This document shows, piece by piece, positions 56,652 through 64,000 of a DNA stretch of 64,000 nt (position 1 is its first letter; each line of letters begins with the position of its first letter). The stretch comes from Nanobdellati archaeon (GTDB lineage: Archaea; EX4484-52; WAPT01), in contig WAPT01000024.1 of assembly GCA_015520605.1 (NCBI GenBank), forward strand, positions 12,645-76,644, read 5' to 3'. The position numbers and the translations under genes were made by a program. The notes below the pieces were generated by a model. The model did not search any database. It saw only the letters and a list, made by a program, of their open reading frames with translations, and was not told where the DNA came from.

Positions 56652-56885
56652 ATGGATAAGAGACCCATAGATGTGCTGGACAAGTCAAAGGGAAAGCGGG
56701 TTTTCGTACAGCTTAAAAATGGCTCAAAGCTCAACGGGATTCTTGAAGCTCTGGATATGCACCTTAATCTGTGGCTCTCAGATGCTGAACTTATAGATAA
56801 CGAAAGCGTTAAAAAACTTGGGGATGTTCTTATAAGAGGCGATACTGTGGTTTTTGCATCTCCGGAGGAGGAAGTGAAAAAGTAA
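56652..56885 (+). CDS. Sm-like archaeal protein (LSm/SmAP).
   Basis: Sm1/Sm2 motifs (GILEALDMHLNLWLSDAE...RGDTVVF). Confidence 0.85.
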   Translation: MDKRPIDVLDKSKGKRVFVQLKNGSKLNGILEALDMHLNLWLSDAELIDNESVKKLGDVLIRGDTVVFASPEEEVKK

Positions 56886-56901
56886 TGCGGTGTGATGTTT
56901 T

Positions 56902-57117
56902 ATGGCTGCCGTGAGACGTTACACTGCAGGCAGACCTTCCTTTGGAAAGAAGCAGAAGCGCACCCACAAGGTGTGCAGGAGGTGTGGTAGACACGCGTTC
57001 CACATAACCAAGAAGTACTGCGCAGCTTGCGGTTTTGGGAGGAGCAAGAGGCTCAGAAGCTACAGCTGGCAGACGAAGAAGAAGGTTGCTGTTTCTGTGG
57101 TTAGCAGGAGGAAGTGA
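56902..57117 (+). CDS. rpl37e: Ribosomal protein eL37.
   Basis: C4 Zn-ribbon CRRCG...CAACG, and its position after LSm. Confidence 0.88.
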   Translation: MAAVRRYTAGRPSFGKKQKRTHKVCRRCGRHAFHITKKYCAACGFGRSKRLRSYSWQTKKKVAVSVVSRRK

Positions 57118-57235
57118 AAAAGACCGGCGCTTTTCTAACCCCATAATCTCGTTAGGTAATGTGTCCTTGTCTTACTCCGATCAACATTTTTAAAAATTAT
57201 CCCGCCAATTATAGTCTCATCCATTCCTGGGTTTT

Positions 57236-57309
57236 GCGCCGGTAGTCTAGTGGTATGATACCGCCCTGCCACGGCGGGGGCCCGGGTTCAATTCCCGGCC
57301 GGCGCACCA
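57236..57309 (+). tRNA. tRNA-Gly (anticodon GCC).
   Basis: Acceptor GCGCCGG/CCGGCGC, anticodon arm CCGCC-CTGCCAC-GGCGG, T-arm CCGGG-TTCAATT-CCCGG, and an encoded CCA. Confidence 0.85.
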
Positions 57310-57345
57310 AATTCTTATTTAATATTTACAAGCAGAATTCTACCT

Positions 57346-57717
57346 ATGTCCGCAACAAGAACAAGAAAACCTTCCAGAAAGCCAAAGTGGCAGAGAGAGA
57401 TAGCAAAGGAAAGAATAGAGATCTTGTTCAGGCTGGCTGAGAAGGAATTCTCCTCTGGCAGGAAGGATCTGGCCAACCGTTACGTTAATCTTGCCAGAAA
57501 GATAGCAATGAGGTACAACGTTAGGATACCAGCACATCTTAAAAGGAGGTTCTGCAAGAAATGTCACGCTTATCTTGTGCCGGGAGTTAATGCCAGAGTG
57601 CGCATCAGATCAAAACAAAAGTATGTACTCATAACATGTCTTGAGTGTGGATACAAAATGCGCTTTCCGTATGTAAGGGAAAAGAAGGAAAGAAAAGGAG
57701 GAGAACTTCAAGCTTAG
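57346..57717 (+). CDS. rnp4: RNase P protein component Rpp21 (Rnp4).
   Basis: Rpr2 family Zn-ribbon motifs: FCKKCHAYLVPG...CLECGY. Confidence 0.8.
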   Translation: MSATRTRKPSRKPKWQREIAKERIEILFRLAEKEFSSGRKDLANRYVNLARKIAMRYNVRIPAHLKRRFCKKCHAYLVPGVNARVRIRSKQKYVLITCLECGYKMRFPYVREKKERKGGELQA

Positions 57718-57868
57718 TTAAGGGGGTGCTCATTTACCCCGGAATAGATCATCCGCGTGTCAGCGCTCAGTCTCTGACGGTAAAATCATCGTACCCCGAA
57801 GATAATTTTAAAACGGAACGTTAAAAGGTTTTCCTCGAACAACAACTTAATTAATCATATTATTCATT

Positions 57869-58666
57869 TTAAAGGGGTTCATATACAACCATCGTGGATT
57901 TTCCGTCAGGCTCTCCTCTAAGCTCAACTATCCATCCGAACCCATTCCCATCGCTATTCCGCTTCTTCAGAGGACTTCCATTCTGCATAACAGCGCAGTA
58001 ACTGCACCATGTCATTTTTTTCTGGTGGTAGTGTCCAAAATCAGAAAGATGAGGCGCTTCATAACCATTCCTTATACTCTTGAAGATATAGTAATCGGCA
58101 TACTTCTCTATACATCCTCCGTTGTTTCCCTGCGGGTGTAGAAGGTCGATGATGTATTCGCCGTTCAGCTCAACTCTCGCAAAACCCACACCGATAACCT
58201 CGATGTCAGCTCTATCTTCCAGAACTTCCCTGAACACCTCCTCGGCATCCTTCCATCCAATCTTTCCTGATTCCTTTCCGAGCAGGATACCAGTAGCATG
58301 AGTGTCGTGGTTGCCCAGCAAGAGGTAGTACTTATTGTCCTCAACCTCTGGTAGGCATTTCTTGAACTTTTCCACCTGCTCCCTCACTATGGCTCCCCCA
58401 AGCTCTTCAGAAACTCTGAGGTTGTAAGCACTCTCAACCACATCCCCAACAAGAAAATGGGTTCTTACACCCGTGCTGATCGCTTCCGAAAAATATTTTC
58501 TTATCCGAAGCTCATCACAGTCCGCATGCCCAATATGGTGGTCGGAGCTGAGAGAAACAAGAACCTTATCCTTAAGCTCGAGGGTGAAGGGTGAGCGGAG
58601 CTGCCTCTCAATCTGGTTGTAATGGACATCTAACCATTTTATCGTCCCGTTGTGCTTGGAGGACAT
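57869..58666 (-). CDS. Metallophosphoesterase.
   Basis: Motifs DHHIGH, GDVVE and GNHD. The start is assigned at MSSKHNG. Confidence 0.7.
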   Translation of the reverse strand: MSSKHNGTIKWLDVHYNQIERQLRSPFTLELKDKVLVSLSSDHHIGHADCDELRIRKYFSEAISTGVRTHFLVGDVVESAYNLRVSEELGGAIVREQVEKFKKCLPEVEDNKYYLLLGNHDTHATGILLGKESGKIGWKDAEEVFREVLEDRADIEVIGVGFARVELNGEYIIDLLHPQGNNGGCIEKYADYYIFKSIRNGYEAPHLSDFGHYHQKKMTWCSYCAVMQNGSPLKKRNSDGNGFGWIVELRGEPDGKSTMVVYEPL

Positions 58667-58789
58667 CGAGCAGGCCTCCCGCGATATCCAAACATATTGG
58701 ATCTCTATAATGACCTCCACGTTTCAATTATATAAATTTTTGGGCAGCTTTCCGAGCTCTTTTTAAAGCTATCCTGTTTAATACAACCT

Positions 58790-60559
58790 ATGCCTATAAG
58801 ACAGCCAATAATCAGCGTTCTGGCCCATGTGGATCACGGGAAGACAACTCTACTCGATTATATCAGAGGCACGGCTGTAACTGCAAAGGAAGCGGGGGGG
58901 ATAACTCAGCACATTGGAGCAAGTGAGGTGCCAGCCGAGGTGATAAACCAAAAGTGTGCATCTCTCCTCAAAAGGTGGAATATAAAAATAAGAATTCCGG
59001 GGCTTCTTTTCATCGACACGCCCGGACATGAAGCGTTTACATTTTTGAGAAAGAGGGGTGGAGCTCTTGCAGACATAGCTATACTTCTCATTGACGTAAC
59101 TGAAGGTGTGAAACCGCAAACAGTTGAGTCGATAAACATCCTGAAGCAGTACAGAACACCTTTTGTGGTTGCCGCTAACAAGATAGACAAGATTCCGGGA
59201 TGGGTTCCCGTTAAGGATGCGTGCTTCCTTGATAGCATTGAGAGACAGTCTGAGAGAGTGAAAGCACTACTTGAAACAAAGATCTACGAGCTTATAGGAC
59301 AGCTCGCGGAGCATGGGGTTTATGCTGAGAGGTTTGACAGGATAACTGACTTTACAAAGACAGTGGCCTTGATTCCCATCTCCGCCAAGACGGGAGAGGG
59401 CACGCCAGAGTTGCTCGCGATAATAACAGGACTTGTACAGAGGTATCTGGAAAAAAGGCTTGAGATTAATCCCGCTGGTATGGGCAAGGGTGTCATTCTG
59501 GAGATGAAGGAAGTCCCTGGTCTCGGTAAGGTAGCTGATGTGATACTTTATGACGGGATGATGAGAAAAGATGATGTACTTGTGATCGGCGGGCTTGAGG
59601 AAGTGGTTGTCACACACATTAAGGGACTTTTCAAGCCCGCGCCTTTGAAGGAGATGAGGGTTGAAAAGCAATTTGTGCAGGTTGAGGAAGTTTCTGCAGC
59701 GTGCGGTGTTAGGGTAGCCGCGCCGGACATAGAGAAGGCTGTTGCTGGCGCGCCGATCTTTGCCATAAGAAACGAGGAGGAGCTTGCGAAGGCCAAGCGC
59801 GAGATAAGACTCGAGATAGACAGCTTGGATATACGCGAGGAAAGTGAGGGTGTGGTGATAAAGGCAGATACACTTGGTAGTCTGGAAGCTCTGGCAAAGA
59901 TGCTAAAAGAAAAGGAAATACCCATAAGAAAGTTCGGCATAGGAACGCTAAGCAAGAAGGATCTTGTGTGGCTTGAGGAGATGAAGGAGGAATACCGTGT
60001 TGTTTTCGCGTTTAACGTTAAGGTCAGCGAAGAAGCGGAGGAATATGCGAAGCAAGCTAAAATAAGGGTAATGCGGGGTAGAGTCATCTACAAGCTGATG
60101 GAAGAGTATGAAGCATATCTGAAAGAGTTGGAGGAGAAAAGAAAGGTAGAGGTGTTCTCAAGGGTAAAACTACCCGCTAAAATAAGGTTCCTGCCAGAGT
60201 TCGTTTTCAGGCAGAGCAAGCCGGCCATCATTGGAGTGGAGGTCTTGGCGGGTACCTTACAGCAGAAAGTTGATCTGATGGACGAGGAGGGTAAAATTGT
60301 TGGGACGGTTCATGCCATCCAGAAGATGGGTGAGAACGTTGGCAAGGCCGAAATTGGGGAGAGAGTTGCAATTTCCGTTGATGGTGGGGTGGTAGATAGG
60401 AACTTGAAGAGAGGAGCTATATACTACACAGCTCTTTCAAAGGACGATCACAGACTTCTGAGGGAGAATGAGGATTTGCTGGCCGATCATCATAAGGTCG
60501 CGCTGGAGGAAATAGCGGAAATAATGAGGAAGAAGGACAGGTTCTGGGATGTGTTCTAA
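58790..60559 (+). CDS. infB: Translation initiation factor aIF5B (IF2 homolog).
   Basis: GTPase G1 motif VLAHVDHGKTTLLD and a four-domain, 589-aa, intein-free architecture. Confidence 0.93.
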   Translation: MPIRQPIISVLAHVDHGKTTLLDYIRGTAVTAKEAGGITQHIGASEVPAEVINQKCASLLKRWNIKIRIPGLLFIDTPGHEAFTFLRKRGGALADIAILLIDVTEGVKPQTVESINILKQYRTPFVVAANKIDKIPGWVPVKDACFLDSIERQSERVKALLETKIYELIGQLAEHGVYAERFDRITDFTKTVALIPISAKTGEGTPELLAIITGLVQRYLEKRLEINPAGMGKGVILEMKEVPGLGKVADVILYDGMMRKDDVLVIGGLEEVVVTHIKGLFKPAPLKEMRVEKQFVQVEEVSAACGVRVAAPDIEKAVAGAPIFAIRNEEELAKAKREIRLEIDSLDIREESEGVVIKADTLGSLEALAKMLKEKEIPIRKFGIGTLSKKDLVWLEEMKEEYRVVFAFNVKVSEEAEEYAKQAKIRVMRGRVIYKLMEEYEAYLKELEEKRKVEVFSRVKLPAKIRFLPEFVFRQSKPAIIGVEVLAGTLQQKVDLMDEEGKIVGTVHAIQKMGENVGKAEIGERVAISVDGGVVDRNLKRGAIYYTALSKDDHRLLRENEDLLADHHKVALEEIAEIMRKKDRFWDVF

Positions 60560-60579
60560 GTCAAAAAATTGGGAGGGAT

Positions 60580-61506
60580 TTACCTTTTCTCGAACCTTCT
60601 GAACACACCGGCAATATATGATGTGTAGAACAGAAATGAAAGTGTCGCTCCGACAAGGAATATACAACCTCCAACAAAAACCGTAGCTTTGTTCTGGAGA
60701 ATAGCTTTTATAATGGACATCACCAGTTCATAGGCTTTTGCCTGCGATGCGGACATTGATGCACTTTTTCCCAGTGGGACAAGAGCGGGATATATAACTT
60801 TGAGGATTATGAAACCCGCGGGTATGAGGAACGCGAAAATTATAACGAGGTTGACGATCGCTCCACATAAATATATAACAAGCAACTCCAGAGGGTTATC
60901 GAGAAACACCCTCCATGATTTCTTTATTGATTCGATGACACTCGTCCTCTTGAGCACAGCGTAAGGGATTGATAACAAGAATCCCAGTGAGAGTATTATG
61001 GAATAAGCGTCAAGAAGTAACTCCGTGGCGGAGCTTTTCCCAATACTTTTGAGCGCATCTATACCGACAACCGATAAAAGAAGGACGAAAGCTATTATTG
61101 CGATAACCACTGGAACCCTCCTTAATCCATAGGATAAAGAACTACTGAGAGTATTCACTTTCTTTTTGCGTCTCATTTCATCAAACCTCACGAGAAAAGC
61201 ATTGTACAGACAAAGCTTCGCGAAATAATACAGTGTGAATGCAGCAAATATCATCCACATTCTCACTACGATGCTGGTAGTCCTTTCAGATGGTAGAGTC
61301 GCCAAATTTCCGGTTTTACTTATTGTGCTCAGGGCGGATATAATACTCGGTCCCATTTGTATCAACGCATAAAAAAGACAGGATAAGAACATAATATCCA
61401 AAAGATATGTAAGAATAAACTCCCTGTAACTCACGCTGTGCTTTAGGGATATAGATATGTTTTCAGTTATGAAATTTACTAGCGATGACCTCCTTTTTCT
61501 TGCCAT
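60580..61506 (-). CDS. Polytopic membrane protein of unknown function.
   Basis: 308 aa with multiple TM segments. Confidence 0.5.
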   Translation of the reverse strand: MARKRRSSLVNFITENISISLKHSVSYREFILTYLLDIMFLSCLFYALIQMGPSIISALSTISKTGNLATLPSERTTSIVVRMWMIFAAFTLYYFAKLCLYNAFLVRFDEMRRKKKVNTLSSSLSYGLRRVPVVIAIIAFVLLLSVVGIDALKSIGKSSATELLLDAYSIILSLGFLLSIPYAVLKRTSVIESIKKSWRVFLDNPLELLVIYLCGAIVNLVIIFAFLIPAGFIILKVIYPALVPLGKSASMSASQAKAYELVMSIIKAILQNKATVFVGGCIFLVGATLSFLFYTSYIAGVFRRFEKR

Positions 61507-61561
61507 TAAAGTTTAAGGATAAAAACTAATATATAAAAGTTTTGATTGCTTTTGCTTCCCT

Positions 61562-62050
61562 ATGCCCCCTCAATATTTAGCTCGCACTTTTCACAAGAAA
61601 ATAATGGTCGCGGTGCTGATACTTTCCATTTTTGTTTTTGTCGTTGCTGCCTCGTCCATTTATGTACAAGAACACATCTTCACCGGTAACGTGTGTGGAT
61701 GCGCCATCCCCATCTACCTTTTCATACCGTTCATGGCATCGCTGGGGCTGCTTATAGGAACCCTCACTTATTATTTGCTTTCTCCATCTATCGGGAATGA
61801 TCTAAAACAGAGAAAGCTTGTTCTTGCTTTGCTGAGAGATGACGAAGCGAGAATCATGCGAGTTCTGATGGACAGTAACGGTGAAAGTACCCAAGCACGG
61901 ATAGCAAAGCAGGCAAATCTGGACAAGCTGCGAGTTCACCGCGCAGTGAGGCGTCTGGAGAAAAGAGGAATCGTGGTCAGAGAAAGGGAAGGAAGGGTTG
62001 TGGTGGTAAGGATAAACGATCCCTACAGGAAGCTATTTTTCTCAGAGTAG
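61562..62050 (+). CDS. Membrane-anchored winged-helix (MarR/ArsR-like) transcriptional regulator.
   Basis: Two N-terminal TM helices, then an HTH region (ARIMRVLMDSNGESTQARIAKQANLDKLRVHRAVRRLEKRGIV). Confidence 0.6.
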   Translation: MPPQYLARTFHKKIMVAVLILSIFVFVVAASSIYVQEHIFTGNVCGCAIPIYLFIPFMASLGLLIGTLTYYLLSPSIGNDLKQRKLVLALLRDDEARIMRVLMDSNGESTQARIAKQANLDKLRVHRAVRRLEKRGIVVREREGRVVVVRINDPYRKLFFSE

Positions 62051-62929
62051 AACACACAAAAGATCTTCAAACAGATTCCTGTAATGTTCGTCATATTTCG
62101 GTAAAGGTGTAAGATGGTTTACCGCTTCTATGACTTTTCGATCATGCGGAATTTTTGCGATTACATCCGATCCGTACTCTCTTGCAAGCTTCTCGATTTT
62201 ATTACACCAGGTATTGTTCAGATTGTACTTGTTTATGATAATGCTTTTCTCTATCCCAAAATGATCGGCAAGCTCAAGCATCCTGATGAGGTCGCTTACT
62301 CCTGTTGGGGTGGGTTCCCCAACCAGCAGGGCATGATCCATAAATGCAAGAGATGCTATAACCGGACAGCCTATTCCGGCTGAGGCATCTACCACCATTA
62401 CATCCGCACGCACTTTTCTTGCGATTTCCACAGCCTTTTTCTTCACATCAATCACGATTTTTCCGCTTGCAGATTCTCCCACATAAAGCTCGCCACAGAC
62501 AAGGAACAGGTTACGATTTACCCTGCACCACCCTATCCTGCCGTTTTTCACAGCCTTTATTTTTATCGCTTCTGTTGGACACACCAGCGTGCACGCACCG
62601 CAACCCTCACAGTAAATATATTTAATCTGAGGTGCACCGCCATCACGATTCCATTTTATGGCCTTAAACACACATACGTCCATGCATTTTCCACAACCGA
62701 TGCATTTCTTCTCGTTTATGAAAGCTTTTTCTGAGGTGCTCACCTCTATCCAAGCAAACTCATCATCTTTATCCTTTCCGAGGACGAGACGGAGGTTGGG
62801 CGCATCAACATCGCAATCAGCAGCCACTACATTATGCTCAATGGACGCAATCCAGGATAGGGATGATGCTACTACTGTTTTGCCTGCTCCACCCTTTCCG
62901 GAAGCAACGACGATTTTTTTCATTGGCAC
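62042..62929 (-). CDS. MinD/ParA-superfamily ATPase with an inserted 2x[4Fe-4S] ferredoxin domain.
   Basis: Walker A motif SGKGGAGKT and two CxxCxxCxxxC motifs. Confidence 0.8.
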   Translation of the reverse strand: MPMKKIVVASGKGGAGKTVVASSLSWIASIEHNVVAADCDVDAPNLRLVLGKDKDDEFAWIEVSTSEKAFINEKKCIGCGKCMDVCVFKAIKWNRDGGAPQIKYIYCEGCGACTLVCPTEAIKIKAVKNGRIGWCRVNRNLFLVCGELYVGESASGKIVIDVKKKAVEIARKVRADVMVVDASAGIGCPVIASLAFMDHALLVGEPTPTGVSDLIRMLELADHFGIEKSIIINKYNLNNTWCNKIEKLAREYGSDVIAKIPHDRKVIEAVNHLTPLPKYDEHYRNLFEDLLCVLL

Positions 62930-62936
62930 ACACCAT

Positions 62937-63791
62937 CTACCTTTTCAGGAGCTCATCCAGTTTTGCAACAATGCTGTTTATTCCTTCAATCTCATTGACT
63001 CTTCCTTTTGTGTAGAGCATAACCACGTTTTCAGAATAGGGGACAACACCAATGACGGGAAACGGAAAGATTTTCCTGATTTTTTCAAGATCCTCTTTGG
63101 GACCAAGAGCACGATTGACCACAATAAAAGCGCGTTTATTCATCAACCTTATCAGCTCTGCAACCCTTCTCGCATCCTCAATTCCCAACGGTGTGGGTTC
63201 CATAACAAGAAGAGCAGCGTCACACGTCTCGAGAGGGGCCACAACATTGCACTTCACGCCGGGAGGAGCATCCACCACCACGAAATCAAAATCATTCTCA
63301 TGTTCCTCAACAACGTTCATGAGCTCTCTGACCACCGGTGTTGGCTCCTCATTCCCGACTTTCATCTCACCCGAGATAATGTGGAGACTCTCCTTAATCT
63401 CCCCTGTTTTAATCTCCCCCACACAGACCTTCCTTCTTCTTATAGCTCCCGCAGGACATGCAATGATGCAGGATCCGCACCCGTTGCACTGCTCCTCAAT
63501 TAGAATCGGTGCTTTCCCCTCCACCCTGAAGAGGGCGTTTCTTCTACAGGCATCAACACACCTGTAGCATTTTACGCAACTGCCTTCGTTTATCTCCGGT
63601 AAGAAGGAGAAAACCTCCCTTTCCTTCGCAAGCTTTCCCGCTCCCAAAACTATGTGAAGGTTGGGGCACTCGACATCAGCATCGACAGCCATGACTTTCA
63701 ATTTTTCCGCGAGGTGCACGGAAATAGCGGCGGCCACCGTTGTCTTGCCAACCCCACCCTTCCCGGAAAGTACACATAGCTTGAATGTCAT
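62937..63791 (-). CDS. Second MinD/ParA-superfamily ATPase with a 4Fe-4S ferredoxin domain. The track ORF is over-extended to 63986.
   Basis: The start at MTFKLCVLSGKGGVGKTT is supported by the upstream gene's coding frame occupying 63832-64000. Two Cys clusters are present. Confidence 0.75.
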   Translation of the reverse strand: MTFKLCVLSGKGGVGKTTVAAAISVHLAEKLKVMAVDADVECPNLHIVLGAGKLAKEREVFSFLPEINEGSCVKCYRCVDACRRNALFRVEGKAPILIEEQCNGCGSCIIACPAGAIRRRKVCVGEIKTGEIKESLHIISGEMKVGNEEPTPVVRELMNVVEEHENDFDFVVVDAPPGVKCNVVAPLETCDAALLVMEPTPLGIEDARRVAELIRLMNKRAFIVVNRALGPKEDLEKIRKIFPFPVIGVVPYSENVVMLYTKGRVNEIEGINSIVAKLDELLKR

Positions 63792-63831
63792 ACGGCACCG
63801 CTCATTTGCAGGAATCCTAACACCGTAAACT

Positions 63832-64000
63832 TCAGTGATGTGAACATCCACCCTCGAATCTCTCCAGCCTGTCGAGGTTTTCCACAACATCTTTAGCTCT
63901 TCTGTACGGTCCGGTGAGAACCACAACTCCGGCTTCCTCCAGCATACACCTTGCCCTGTACCCCATACCAAGAACGTACACAGCATCCACGCCCAGCTCC
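63832..64000 (-). CDS. NifB/NifX-like dinitrogenase FeMo-cofactor-biosynthesis-domain protein. Only the C-terminal part lies in the window; the N-terminus is beyond the window end.
   Basis: Hand translation of the minus strand gives ...ELGVDAVYVLGMGYRARCMLEEAGVVVLTGPYRRAKDVVENLDRLERFEGGCSHH*, typical of the Nitro_FeMo-Co domain. Confidence 0.55.
   Translation of the reverse strand, partial: ELGVDAVYVLGMGYRARCMLEEAGVVVLTGPYRRAKDVVENLDRLERFEGGCSHH

Noticed and set aside
57255-57440. 61-aa plus-strand ORF starting inside tRNA-Gly.
   Set aside because: It begins within the tRNA-Gly(GCC) gene and runs into the Rpp21 coding region in another frame; spurious.
1-64000. CRISPR arrays, IS elements, integrases and rRNA genes.
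   Set aside because: I looked for these and did not find them. There are no regularly spaced direct repeats of 25-40 bp, no transposase/integrase-like ORFs, and no rRNA-like conserved stretches. The only repeats are the two 93-bp elements and a 16-bp tandem duplication.

Overview
This is an archaeal chromosomal window. Gene content points to a hyperthermophilic euryarchaeon, possibly Archaeoglobales-like, but the lineage cannot be fixed from sequence alone. Supporting signs are AGA/AGG arginine codons, KE-rich tails on ribosomal proteins, archaeal type-IV-pilin-like class III signal peptides, and intron-containing tRNAs.

The core is conserved translation and transcription machinery. Around 9.6-25.8 kb lies the large ribosomal-protein superoperon: uL3-uL4-uL23-uL2-uS19-uL22-uS3-uL29-aSUI1-Rpp29-uS17-uL14-uL24-eS4-uL5-uS14-uS8-uL6-eL32-eL19-uL18-uS5-uL30-uL15-SecY-DUF106-eL34-eL14-Cbf5. 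Around 26.3-30.7 kb a second block follows: tRNA-Ser, uS13-uS4-uS11-RpoD, tRNA-Leu, eL18-uL13-uS9-RpoN, tRNA-Glu. Other housekeeping genes include IleRS, TBP, aIF5B, S8e/LSm/L37e/Rpp21, Trm5 and diphthine synthase.

Other functional blocks:
- a divergent hypCD / hypFE hydrogenase-maturation locus (HypC is 59 aa and missing from the ORF track);
- a lipid cluster: UppS, geranylgeranyl reductase, a 2x[4Fe-4S] ferredoxin, Nif3, an MBL hydrolase, and a PAP2::dolichol-kinase-like fusion;
- paired MinD/Fer4 ATPases next to a NifB/NifX-like FeMo-cofactor domain gene;
- rubrerythrin, an Lrp/AsnC regulator, an Ogg2-like glycosylase, and a split NOL1/NOP2/Sun methyltransferase with a separate PUA-like gene.

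The most unusual region is the 5' end (1-3379, minus strand). It is a tightly packed, co-directional array of nine genes:
- four small proteins with class III (prepilin-like) signal peptides, one of them a 51-aa ORF not in the track;
- a small membrane protein and a 123-aa unknown protein;
- a 97-aa Trp/Asn-rich peptide carrying a perfect (W-x-x)n repeat, written in the DNA as a degenerate 9-bp 'NNNCCANNN' periodicity;
- immediately after it, two tandem radical SAM genes. One has a SPASM-like Cys-rich C-terminus. The other is truncated at the window edge and has an ~90-aa N-terminal extension, possibly a RiPP-recognition element.
This architecture resembles a RiPP (peptide + maturase) system, in the style of the His-Xaa-Ser or darobactin systems, and is a candidate undescribed system.

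Other notable points:
- a tRNA-Leu(UAA) that appears to carry two introns (anticodon loop and T-loop);
- a tRNA-like minihelix (acceptor stem + T-arm only) inside an ORF-poor AT-rich stretch;
- a ~93-bp GC-palindrome-flanked element present in two copies, each upstream of an unrelated membrane-protein gene;
- an AT-rich island (about 7.0-8.4 kb) carrying a divergent HhH-GPD-like gene;
- an orphan HerA-like DUF87 ATPase;
- no CRISPR array.
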